From a virus (lineage: Duplodnaviria; Caudoviricetes), in IMG/VR virus record IMGVR_UViG_3300025389_000010, positions 161,757 through 225,756 of that record: a stretch of 64,000 bases of DNA. One strand, written 5' to 3'. This document shows positions 47,796 to 56,933 of this stretch, piece after piece. A program made the translations under genes and the position numbers. The notes beneath the pieces were generated by a model. The model was not told the origin of the DNA and searched no databases. It saw only the letters and a list, made by a program, of their open reading frames with translations. How positions within the stretch are numbered: position 1 is the stretch's first letter; the number at the start of each line of letters is the position of its first letter.

Positions 47796-47837
47796 GGGTG
47801 TTGGTGTTTATGGGTTGGTGTCGTATTGACAAGGGAC

Positions 47838-47865
47838 AATCTATACGATGGATCACCCGTGTCAA
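47838..47865 (-). promoter_or_regulatory. sigma70-type promoter of rIIA
   Basis: TTGACA-16-TAGATT with upstream A-tracts. Confidence 0.7.
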
Positions 47866-47927
47866 AACTTTTTTCGGTGTCCGAAACTTTTTTTATTTTT
47901 CCGTTGACAAGATACTTTGTATGATAG

Positions 47928-48003
47928 TGGTAGATGTGGTGAGACTCGAACTCACACTTGACGGATTTTAAGTCCGTTGCCTCTGCCGTTGGGCTACACA
48001 TCC
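47928..48003 (-). tRNA. trnL: tRNA-Leu(UAA) with a short variable loop
   Basis: 76 nt; loop CT-TAA-AA; 5-nt variable loop; A73; encoded CCA. Confidence 0.9.
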
Positions 48004-48021
48004 ATACTATGTAAAACTTAT

Positions 48022-48198
48022 TTACTCGTTGTCGTCATATTCTCCATCACTCTCGTCTCTCTCAAAACGAGAAGCATAAAGACCTTCATGCCTTCTGGCA
48101 TACAAGATACTCTCTTGCCATTCCTGTTCATCGAAATCATCCATGACTCTTGTGCATCCGTATCTGTCATCATCTAGGTTGAACGAGTATGTATTCAT
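48022..48198 (-). CDS. Small acidic protein (58 aa, not in the ORF track)
   Basis: MNTYSFNLDDDRYGC... Confidence 0.5.
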   Translation of the reverse strand: MNTYSFNLDDDRYGCTRVMDDFDEQEWQESILYARRHEGLYASRFERDESDGEYDDNE

Positions 48199-48223
48199 GT
48201 TTATATGGGGATATTATACGAAA

Positions 48224-48418
48224 TTATTGTTCGGTCAAGCACTTTTTGATGTATGCCTTCAAAATAGGAACTGCTCTCATGTGCTTATGGAAGATATATG
48301 AGTCTTTACCGTTAGGGTGAAGGACAATGTATTTGTTCTTTCTAATGAGAACACGCAGTCCTGCTCTCTGTGCGTTCTTGATCTCGGCATCGAACTCCTT
48401 GCAATGGTGGTTAGGCAT
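48224..48418 (-). CDS. Small basic protein (HicA-like dsRBD fold possible)
   Basis: G..V.IRKNKYIVLHPNG....FH pattern. Confidence 0.4.
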   Translation of the reverse strand: MPNHHCKEFDAEIKNAQRAGLRVLIRKNKYIVLHPNGKDSYIFHKHMRAVPILKAYIKKCLTEQ

Positions 48419-48550
48419 AGGTGTAGGTTGGTTAGGTATGGGTTGAGGAACATGAGACTAGCAGAAGCAGGAATCCGATCAAGCAAATTTTTCATGCACA
48501 ACAATGTTTTTTTTGTTGTTCTTTGTAATACGCCCCCGTCGCCGGGTGAC

Positions 48551-48592
48551 GATTTGTAAAACAAAGTTTTGTTTAATTTTGTATTACAATAC
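48551..48592. repeat. Degenerate 42-bp palindromic element, last copy
   Basis: GATTTGTAAAACAAAG-TTTTGTTTAA-TTTTGTATTACAATAC. Confidence 0.85.
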
Positions 48593-48681
48593 AATACATT
48601 ACAATATTTTATATTATATTGTATTGTTTTATAATGTAATACTTTATATTGTTTTATAATGTATTACCTTAACTAATAAAG

Positions 48682-48718
48682 AAACTCCCAATGAAACTTG
48701 ACATTCCATTGGGAGTTT
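48682..48718 (-). terminator. 12-bp hairpin, probable terminator, with a plus-strand TTGACA in its loop
   Basis: AAACTCCCAATG/CATTGGGAGTTT; TTGACA(48698)-17-TATTAT(48721). Confidence 0.6.
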
Positions 48719-48744
48719 AGTATTATCCTAACTTTACGATGATC

Positions 48745-48993
48745 TTACTTACTTCTGCGACAAGCGAAGCGACCCTTCTTGTCACGAAGATTGTGGAACT
48801 TGGGCATCAGGCGAACCATACTACCATTGGCATCGAATCCCTTGAAGCTATAACGATCAAAGTTGATCGTCTTCTCAAGAACCTGCATCTTAATTACACG
48901 AGGAGTATTGCGATTGCAAAGACCATTGGTGATCTTATTGAGGCTATACTTGATCTCGTTCATCGTGTTGTTGTCGGTGGTGTTGTTTTTCAT
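48745..48993 (-). CDS. Small basic hypothetical protein
   Basis: 82 aa; ends HNLRDKKGRF. Confidence 0.6.
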   Translation of the reverse strand: MKNNTTDNNTMNEIKYSLNKITNGLCNRNTPRVIKMQVLEKTINFDRYSFKGFDANGSMVRLMPKFHNLRDKKGRFACRRSK

Positions 48994-49594
48994 AACTCCA
49001 CTACTCTAGTCTTTAATGATGCCGGTGTCAAAATAAAATTTCTCCAACAGAGTAAAAAAGTTGTTTTCCGCCCACCCTCATACACACATCAACGCTACAC
49101 TATGCTGTATTTTAACATAGTGCGTCATTACGGCACACTTTACTCTGGTAGACACTATTGCCCCGCATTTCCTTGACTTTTGGAAACATTTCTGGTAATG
49201 TTATATTCATGATTAAGTTGTTAGGTGACAGGATTTCAACAACAAAAGCAACCAATGATGCACAATTAACAACAACCACAAGCAATGTTGTACAATATAT
49301 TGTATAACAATAACAAACAAATTATAACATATCAATACATTGTAAATACTTAAAATACAACAACATACAATATTGAGCATTGTCAAACATGTAAACTATT
49401 TGACTACAATGTTTTACAAAAAAACCTATAAGTTTTTTTGTTTTGAATGAATATAAAAAATAATTATATTTTAGATATAAATATAAGAACTAAAATAAAT
49501 TATAAAAACAAAAAGTTTTTATTTGTCCCAAATATACATGGATATAAACCATGTGAGAAACATACCTGAAACATTTATGAAAGCAAAAATTAAA

Positions 49595-49792
49595 TCATTC
49601 ATCCTTAACTTTTTCCTTTTCGGCTACTTCTTTTAACTCGTCATGAAGTGATCTTATTTTGTCCTTCAAGTCGATAATCTGTACCTTGAAGCTATTCGTG
49701 ATTAAAACAATTTTACTAGTTTTTCTAATAAGCTTGTTTAACTTAGTTTCAAGAACTCTTATTTCATTAACTATTTCAATTTTCGATCTCAC
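49595..49792 (-). CDS. Coiled-coil hypothetical protein
   Basis: 65-aa heptad pattern. Confidence 0.55.
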   Translation of the reverse strand: MRSKIEIVNEIRVLETKLNKLIRKTSKIVLITNSFKVQIIDLKDKIRSLHDELKEVAEKEKVKDE

Positions 49793-49885
49793 TATTTAAT
49801 ACTTATCAATTCTAAAGTTATATTAAATAATGTGATAACTAGTGTGGTAATGCCACACCATGTTGTATTTTTACAAAGTGTTGTA

Positions 49886-52800
49886 TTAAATCGGCATCAA
49901 TTTTTCTCTTTGTAATGAAGGGGTGATTTTCTGTGTAAAATCACCGATACTAATAGATATTGGAATATCATCACTATGATCATTACCATAAAATTGATCT
50001 AAAAACGATTCTAAAGTTTTAGGGTTTTTATTTAAACTATATCTGGATGTAACCAAATAAAATAAATCATATGCTAAGATGTATCCACTATACCCATTGA
50101 CATCTCTTTCGGAAGAAGGTATTTTTATTTTTCCATTTATTATATTGTTAATCACACTTTTACGTTCTTCTTTATTATTTACTTTTATTTCTTTTACAGT
50201 TTTATTATCATTTATACTATAAACACACAAATAAAGAGGATATGAACTAGAATTTTTAACATCATTAAAAGATTTTTTGTAATTTAAAGTTTCAATATTA
50301 AAAACTTTAACCCACTTTAAAAATTCATTACAAGCATTTATATATTGCTGAATTGTTTCAAAACCAAAAATTTTAATTTCTTTATTTATTTTATGTATTT
50401 CAGAACCATAAAAAGTTACATTTTCAATATAATTTACACTACTCTCTATTACTCTAGTTAGTGCTACTATATCTATATTAGAATAATTTTCAATTGGGTA
50501 ATTGTATCCATCAGCTTTAAGTTTTCCTAAAAATTTAGCAACCCAAGGATAATTCTTTTTAACTTCTTTTATAAACAATTTATTAGTTATTGTATTTGTT
50601 GTAGGTTGTTTATAAAAAAAATCAGGTCTAATTTCATCATCATATATGTACATTCTATTCTTTTTAGAATCATATGCACCGAAAAGATTATGTCTGCTTT
50701 GTAAAATCTTATTATTGAAAGTTACAACACTTTCCGATAATACCGATTCTGTTAAATTTTTATTATCAATGTTTTTATATTGTTCCGGTGTTAATTGAGC
50801 AATATCATTTATTGTTTCTTTAAAATTTTCGGGAAATGGAGAGTTATCAATTGATACATATAACATACCATATTTTGTTTTTATATTTTTAAATCTACCA
50901 TATGTTGGTTTAGCGTTATAACTATAAAAATAAATTTTATTTAAATATTCACATTCATCATTATTTTGTTTTTCAAACATTTTTAATGTTTTATTTAAAA
51001 ATGTTAACATATGTTCAATATTTTTTATTTTTTCAACATACCAAATTGTTCCATATTGATTACCGTAAGCTTCACGGCATGATGATGTTACTGATGCATA
51101 TAAAGGATAATTTGAATCATTAAATATAGTATGTGAATAATGTCTATCAAAAATATTTCTAAAATCTTTTAAAAGTTTTAAAACTTTTTCTGACAATCCC
51201 GGTTGATTATATTCTTCATCAAGCCATTTATTATCAGCCCTAATTTGCAATACTGCTGAATCCATCTCTTCTATATATGGAAATTGTTTTTTAATATATT
51301 CTTTAAAATATTTTTTAAAATATTTTATACCCATATTGTTTTTGGCTGGTTTGTTTGGGTTTGTTAAAATTAGATCAAGAAAATTACCAGTATAATAACT
51401 AATATTTTTAATAAGTTCTTGTAATTTTTCTTGATTAGAATCTTCCGATACTAATTCTTCTTTACTTTCCGATATTGCATAATATGCTAATTCACCAGAT
51501 TTAATATGTTTTTCAACATCATAAAATTCATTTGTTTGCCAATAAAAATCCTTTGCGTCTAATGAACTTCTACTGGTAACGACAAAGGAATAATAATATC
51601 CGGGGTTTCCTATTTGTTCATCGTAATCAATATCTGCAAAAACATCGCTTTTTGGAATTTCTACTCTTGTTTTACCGGTTTCGATATTTTTAATTTTGGT
51701 CTTTAATTCTTCTGGATTATTTACTTTTACTTTTAATACAACTTTGTAGTCATTTAAACTTACAACATTTAAATACAATGGATAATTTTCTTTGTTATTT
51801 ATATCTTCATTAAATGAATCATTTATTATAGTTTTTTCAAGGCTTATTAACCAATTTTGAAAAGATATAAATTGTGACAAAGCATTTTCTTTTGTTTTAA
51901 ATCCAAAAACATTAAGATATTTCTTCAAATTAGCTTCATCGGCAGGATCTGTATATTTCGTATTATTTTCATGAAAATTTTTAACATAATATATGCTACT
52001 ATCAACATCTCTTTTTGTAGCATCTATTAAATTTAAAATCTGAGAATGTTCTATTGTAACATAATCAAAAATATCTTTCCAACTTCTATCGTAATCATAA
52101 TTTTTAGCATGTGACACTAAAGATTGTCTATTTTTCATAAACAATGCATTTGAAATAAGTTTTTTAGCCCAAGGGTATTTTTCATCAACTTCATGTTTAA
52201 TGATATTGCTATATTTTATAAAATTTATTTTTGTTTTGTATCCGTAGCTGATAGGAAATATTGAATTATGATTGAAGAAAAACTGATTTGTCTTATTATT
52301 ATAAACTGCCGTGACTTTACTTCCTCTTTCACCTTTTTCGCTCCAAACAAAAGGTATAATTGCTTCCGATAATATATTTTTAATATCTTCTGTGTCAATA
52401 GAACCTTTATCTATTATATCACTTAAAGCTTTTTTTAGAAGATTTATTTCTTTTACATATTCTGCATAACTTTCTTTACTCGCTGATTTAATCGATGCTT
52501 TTGCATTTTTTATAAATCTTTTATCTTGATTAACATAATCTAAGTTACCTTTTACCATTACATCAAAATTTATATATATGCTTTCTATTTCTTTTAAAAA
52601 TTCACTGTTATCACTAAATGTTTTCTGTAATTGTTCAATATTTTGTTTATTTTTAAGATTTTTAACTGCATTGATATATTGATCGTAATTTTCTATCAGT
52701 TTATGATAATATATAGTTTGATGTGCTCCATAATTTACAATAGCCCTAAGAACCACGGGATATGACCATGAACTTTCTAAATTTGTTTTATCGGTTTCCT

Positions 52801-55387
52801 TAAAAGATTTCCAAATAATATCATATAATTTTTTAAAAATAGGATATTCACCATAATGTTGCAATCCATCGAAAACAGATAAAATTTGATGTATTTGGTT
52901 TAAAGTATTTTCTTGGTTGTAATTTTTATCACTTACAATATTACCATTTACATCTTTCAATACATTTTTAAATCTATTAAATAAATTTTTTATTGATTGA
53001 ACAATCGCACCTGCATTTGGATCATTTGGAAATCTATCCTTTTCAAAAAATTTAGCTTCTATTTTTGAACACAAACTCAAGAACTTTTTATAATCTTTAA
53101 TAGTATAATTTGCATTGATCTTATCAGCAATCTCAACACGTATTGGTTTTAAATATCTTCCTTCTAAGTTATCTGCAAATTTTTGAGACTCGTTTATACT
53201 TTGATTATTGCCATATAATTCATCTTCAATGAATTTTTTAAAAACATCTGAAAAATGTGAGTTAAATGAAGATTTCTTAGAAGAAGTTATTTTTAAAACT
53301 GTTATCCTTTCTATGGACCATTTTGCTTTTATTTTTTCCAAAAAACTTAAATCGTGTAATATATCGTAAAGTTTTTTGTAATATTGTTTGTTTTTTATTA
53401 AAATAAAAGAATCATATGCGTTTCCTCTTATATCAAATAATGCAAACCGAGCATAAAATGGATAAATGGCATCATTTCTAGCTGTTAAGAAAAACTTATT
53501 TTTTAAAAAAATAAATATTTTATTGAGATAATCTTTTGCTTTAATATAATATTTTTCTTTGTTTACATCAAAAGAATTTAATCCGGGGTTTAAATAAAAA
53601 TTAATATAATGAAACATATATTGAAGTTGAAAAATATTTTCTAATTTTTCATTTTCTTGTTCTTTAAGATGTTTTGTAAAATTTTTATAAAAAAGTGGAT
53701 ATTTTTTATTAACCAAATTTTTTGTAATTGTATTTATTTTGTTTAAATAAATCTTATTATCTTTTAACGTATGTCCAATTGAATGAAGATTAGAATTTTC
53801 TATATTTTTATCTAAGACGTAATCCATATAATCATCATCAAAATCTACTTTTATAACCGGATTACTTACGCTCTCATTTATTGGTTTTTTAATATCTAAT
53901 ATAAATTCAAGTATATCTTCACATGATCTAAAAAATTTTAAATGATTAATATCATCTTTAGGTATAAAATCTATAAAAGATTTTACCCATTTATATTGTT
54001 TATTTATTTCAGAATAAGGTTTTGCTGCTCTATTTGAAGTATCTGATAATTTGTGTATAAAACTTATTTTTGCATCTATTTTATATTCATCATCATTAAG
54101 TCGAGTGTAAAAATACACTTCATCGATATATTCTTTTAATTTGTTTTTATTGTTTACTTTAACATGAAATTCAAAATTTCTGCTATAATCTTGTAAAGAC
54201 ACAAGCATATATAATGGATAATTGTTATTGTTATCTAATGATAAAGGGTTTTGTTCTTTTTCAACTTCAGATAAATAATTTTTAAAAGCATGAATTTCTT
54301 TGTATTTTTTATCATCAATTGATTCTATATCAAGAGTAAAAGGATACCCATCAATATAAAAATTTATTGTTTTTTCTCCTAAAAACCTTGCTTTATTTAT
54401 ATAATCTATAAAATAATTTAAAGTGTTTATCGCATTATAATTATTTTTTTTATATAGACTTTTTAAAATACCATATACTGGCATTTTATTTTTATTAAAA
54501 TATTTTACAATAAGCCAAAAGAGAAGTTTTTGTATATGTGGAGTATAACCCTGTTTAGTATATATTTCAGGGTAAACATAAAAACCACTATAATAATCAA
54601 ATTTTTTTTGTGAAAGATATGATGTAAGGTCATCTTTTTTTTCTAACGAATCATCGTCATCATCACGAGATTCTTTTACTATACTATTTGAATTTAAATT
54701 TTCGTTAAATTTTATATCTCTAACTCTTTCTCTTAGAAAAAGATTTTTATAATGTGTGTCTTTTTTATGTTCAAAAACTATTTCTATTTTATCGATATCT
54801 TTTGTAGGATAACCTTTTTTGTATATTTTTATATTATCGGCAATATTTTTTACTTTTGAAAAAAGTTCATTTCTATTCATTACTTTTAATGAACCCAAAT
54901 ATACAATCGTCCTGTCTTTTTTTATGATATAAAGAGAAGCATATACTGGATAAACACCTTTATCCTGTAAACTATTAAAAGTACGAAATTTTAAATTACC
55001 TTGTATATTATCATAAAATGTTTTTATTTTTATTTTTAGATTATGATTAAAAGAAATTGAAGAAGGAACTGATGTAAATGGAGATGAAATATTACCTAAA
55101 AAATATTCAACCGAAACATTTGGATTATTTTTTAAATAAATTTGAAAATTTTTTAATATTTCCTTATATTCTCTATCACTAAAATATTCTTTTATTTTTT
55201 GAATTAAAAATTTATCAAATGCTAAATATTTTCTTTTGCTATGAATATCATTCATATCATTTTCTACAAAAGATTGAATTTCAATTGATGACTTTTTTTT
55301 ATAAAATTCTCTTAATTTAAGAAAATCTATATAAAATTTATTTTCACTTATGGTATGTAATGCATCTTCAAGCTCATCATCGGTCAT
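49886..55387 (-). CDS. 1833-aa modular protein with seven YP(L/V/F)(Y/V) repeat modules; putative virion polyprotein
   Basis: Seven YP motifs, each followed by a (K/L)(V/I)xN motif; modules 5 and 7 align over more than 200 aa; linkers contain VKES, INES, INES, LSE, ISE and LTES/LSES. Confidence 0.75.
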   Translation of the reverse strand: MTDDELEDALHTISENKFYIDFLKLREFYKKKSSIEIQSFVENDMNDIHSKRKYLAFDKFLIQKIKEYFSDREYKEILKNFQIYLKNNPNVSVEYFLGNISSPFTSVPSSISFNHNLKIKIKTFYDNIQGNLKFRTFNSLQDKGVYPVYASLYIIKKDRTIVYLGSLKVMNRNELFSKVKNIADNIKIYKKGYPTKDIDKIEIVFEHKKDTHYKNLFLRERVRDIKFNENLNSNSIVKESRDDDDDSLEKKDDLTSYLSQKKFDYYSGFYVYPEIYTKQGYTPHIQKLLFWLIVKYFNKNKMPVYGILKSLYKKNNYNAINTLNYFIDYINKARFLGEKTINFYIDGYPFTLDIESIDDKKYKEIHAFKNYLSEVEKEQNPLSLDNNNNYPLYMLVSLQDYSRNFEFHVKVNNKNKLKEYIDEVYFYTRLNDDEYKIDAKISFIHKLSDTSNRAAKPYSEINKQYKWVKSFIDFIPKDDINHLKFFRSCEDILEFILDIKKPINESVSNPVIKVDFDDDYMDYVLDKNIENSNLHSIGHTLKDNKIYLNKINTITKNLVNKKYPLFYKNFTKHLKEQENEKLENIFQLQYMFHYINFYLNPGLNSFDVNKEKYYIKAKDYLNKIFIFLKNKFFLTARNDAIYPFYARFALFDIRGNAYDSFILIKNKQYYKKLYDILHDLSFLEKIKAKWSIERITVLKITSSKKSSFNSHFSDVFKKFIEDELYGNNQSINESQKFADNLEGRYLKPIRVEIADKINANYTIKDYKKFLSLCSKIEAKFFEKDRFPNDPNAGAIVQSIKNLFNRFKNVLKDVNGNIVSDKNYNQENTLNQIHQILSVFDGLQHYGEYPIFKKLYDIIWKSFKETDKTNLESSWSYPVVLRAIVNYGAHQTIYYHKLIENYDQYINAVKNLKNKQNIEQLQKTFSDNSEFLKEIESIYINFDVMVKGNLDYVNQDKRFIKNAKASIKSASKESYAEYVKEINLLKKALSDIIDKGSIDTEDIKNILSEAIIPFVWSEKGERGSKVTAVYNNKTNQFFFNHNSIFPISYGYKTKINFIKYSNIIKHEVDEKYPWAKKLISNALFMKNRQSLVSHAKNYDYDRSWKDIFDYVTIEHSQILNLIDATKRDVDSSIYYVKNFHENNTKYTDPADEANLKKYLNVFGFKTKENALSQFISFQNWLISLEKTIINDSFNEDINNKENYPLYLNVVSLNDYKVVLKVKVNNPEELKTKIKNIETGKTRVEIPKSDVFADIDYDEQIGNPGYYYSFVVTSRSSLDAKDFYWQTNEFYDVEKHIKSGELAYYAISESKEELVSEDSNQEKLQELIKNISYYTGNFLDLILTNPNKPAKNNMGIKYFKKYFKEYIKKQFPYIEEMDSAVLQIRADNKWLDEEYNQPGLSEKVLKLLKDFRNIFDRHYSHTIFNDSNYPLYASVTSSCREAYGNQYGTIWYVEKIKNIEHMLTFLNKTLKMFEKQNNDECEYLNKIYFYSYNAKPTYGRFKNIKTKYGMLYVSIDNSPFPENFKETINDIAQLTPEQYKNIDNKNLTESVLSESVVTFNNKILQSRHNLFGAYDSKKNRMYIYDDEIRPDFFYKQPTTNTITNKLFIKEVKKNYPWVAKFLGKLKADGYNYPIENYSNIDIVALTRVIESSVNYIENVTFYGSEIHKINKEIKIFGFETIQQYINACNEFLKWVKVFNIETLNYKKSFNDVKNSSSYPLYLCVYSINDNKTVKEIKVNNKEERKSVINNIINGKIKIPSSERDVNGYSGYILAYDLFYLVTSRYSLNKNPKTLESFLDQFYGNDHSDDIPISISIGDFTQKITPSLQREKLMPI

Positions 55388-55391
55388 ACTA

Positions 55392-55748
55392 TTACATGAG
55401 TTTTAATTCTTTAAGTCTTTCTTTTAAAATAGGTTGTGTTGTTTCTACAAAAGTTTTGGAATGAATAGTATCTTCTATTTTTGCATTGGTTTCAACTTTT
55501 TTGAAAAAGTTTATAAAATCTTTTTTATTAGATACATAGAAACTATTTTTTATAAGGTTTATAACAGCATCAACACCAGCATAAGGGTTTTTTTTAAGTT
55601 TTCTACCAATTAACCTATTTGCTCTCTTATAAAACATATTCATTGAAAGTTTAGGTGCGCCTTCCAATGGTTCTGCTTCTATGTATTCGTCAAATTCAAC
55701 AACCATATCATATGCTTCTGCTAATAATTCTAAATCTTTATCTTTCAT
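55392..55748 (-). CDS. Hypothetical protein, probably virion-associated
   Basis: Leader MKDKDLELLAEAY; ATAAATA upstream. Confidence 0.65.
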   Translation of the reverse strand: MKDKDLELLAEAYDMVVEFDEYIEAEPLEGAPKLSMNMFYKRANRLIGRKLKKNPYAGVDAVINLIKNSFYVSNKKDFINFFKKVETNAKIEDTIHSKTFVETTQPILKERLKELKLM

Positions 55749-55756
55749 ATTAATAT

Positions 55757-56650
55757 TTATCTAAGTGTGTAATGCTTTGGATCAGTATAAAGTCTTCTAT
55801 ATGCTACTTCAGGGTTTTCACCAAGAGTAATTTTACCATTTCTCTTTTCATTTAAGAAATTAAGATATTCACCGATTCTTAATGATATTCTAAGTTGTTC
55901 TGGTGTAAGATCTGCTTTGATTCTTACGTTTGATAAAGCAAGAGGTTTTGGCTTTTGCTTATCTTGAAATCTATCTGTTGTAAATAATGCACCTTTTGGT
56001 ATAAAACCATTTTGATCAACTTTTAAAGCTGTTCTATATGGTTTTTTATCTACACCCCACCAATAAACAACATCTTTTTCTCTTTCTCTATCTATTGGTG
56101 TATCTTGTCTTCTCCTAAATGATTTCCAAGGTTTGCCCAAATGTGTATAAATTTTTTCATAAAGTCTAGCTAACTCTTTGTTACCACCAGATTGACCAAA
56201 TTGAAAAATATCAAGATATACTATTTTTTCATGACTATTATCAGATGGTAAATAAAAAGGTTTACCGTTTTTATCAACTTTTCCTTTTTTTGCAGGATCT
56301 CTAAACCGGTGTGTCGGTGTAACCCCACCATGTCTTGTATCTTCAAGAATTCTTTTTAATATCTGATTTGCTGATAATGTAACTTCTTTACCTTGAGTTT
56401 TTACAGTATATTTCTTCTTGAAATTTGAAATTTCAAGAATTTTAAATATTATATTAGCAGCAGTACTATCATTTGGATTTTTCTTAATCTTATCTAAGTT
56501 ATTACCTAAAATTTTTGTTACACCTTTTGGGTCTCTTTCAATATCCAAAGCACCTTGACCACCCTTTGCAAAATAAGCTCCAGTTTCAAAAAGTGTGTAT
56601 GCTTCATCTTTTCCTTCTACTAAGTATTTATATAAGATATCAAATTTCAT
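55757..56650 (-). CDS. Hypothetical protein, probably virion-associated
   Basis: Leader MKFDILYKYLVEG; TAAATA upstream. Confidence 0.65.
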   Translation of the reverse strand: MKFDILYKYLVEGKDEAYTLFETGAYFAKGGQGALDIERDPKGVTKILGNNLDKIKKNPNDSTAANIIFKILEISNFKKKYTVKTQGKEVTLSANQILKRILEDTRHGGVTPTHRFRDPAKKGKVDKNGKPFYLPSDNSHEKIVYLDIFQFGQSGGNKELARLYEKIYTHLGKPWKSFRRRQDTPIDREREKDVVYWWGVDKKPYRTALKVDQNGFIPKGALFTTDRFQDKQKPKPLALSNVRIKADLTPEQLRISLRIGEYLNFLNEKRNGKITLGENPEVAYRRLYTDPKHYTLR

Positions 56651-56681
56651 TTTCTTATATATTTACTTTAGTTTTTTAAAA

Positions 56682-56933
56682 TTAATGTATAAAAGTTGGG
56701 GTTTTTGGTCCAACATATGCCCCTTCCATATTAAAGGAAAAGAATTCGTCGGCTTCTTCCATAGTCATACCATCCTTCATTAACTTCTGAAGTATTGCAT
56801 CTACGGAATAAGCAACACTATGACCATGTCCAAAGTTAAAAGCCAAACCGGATATGCAATCGTCATATCCATCCATGAACATAAGTTCTTCTTCTAGTTC
56901 TTCTGCCCACTCTACGATTTGTTCTTTTGTCAT
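56682..56933 (-). CDS. Conserved phage hypothetical protein
   Basis: DGYDDCI.G...AYS...GM..EEA.EFF.FN..GAYVG..TP.F. Confidence 0.7.
   Translation of the reverse strand: MTKEQIVEWAEELEEELMFMDGYDDCISGLAFNFGHGHSVAYSVDAILQKLMKDGMTMEEADEFFSFNMEGAYVGPKTPTFIH

Noticed and set aside
29220-48592. Palindromic repeats or the 34-bp tandem repeats as a CRISPR array
   Set aside because: Copies are dispersed or directly tandem, without regularly sized unique spacers, and no cas-like gene is visible
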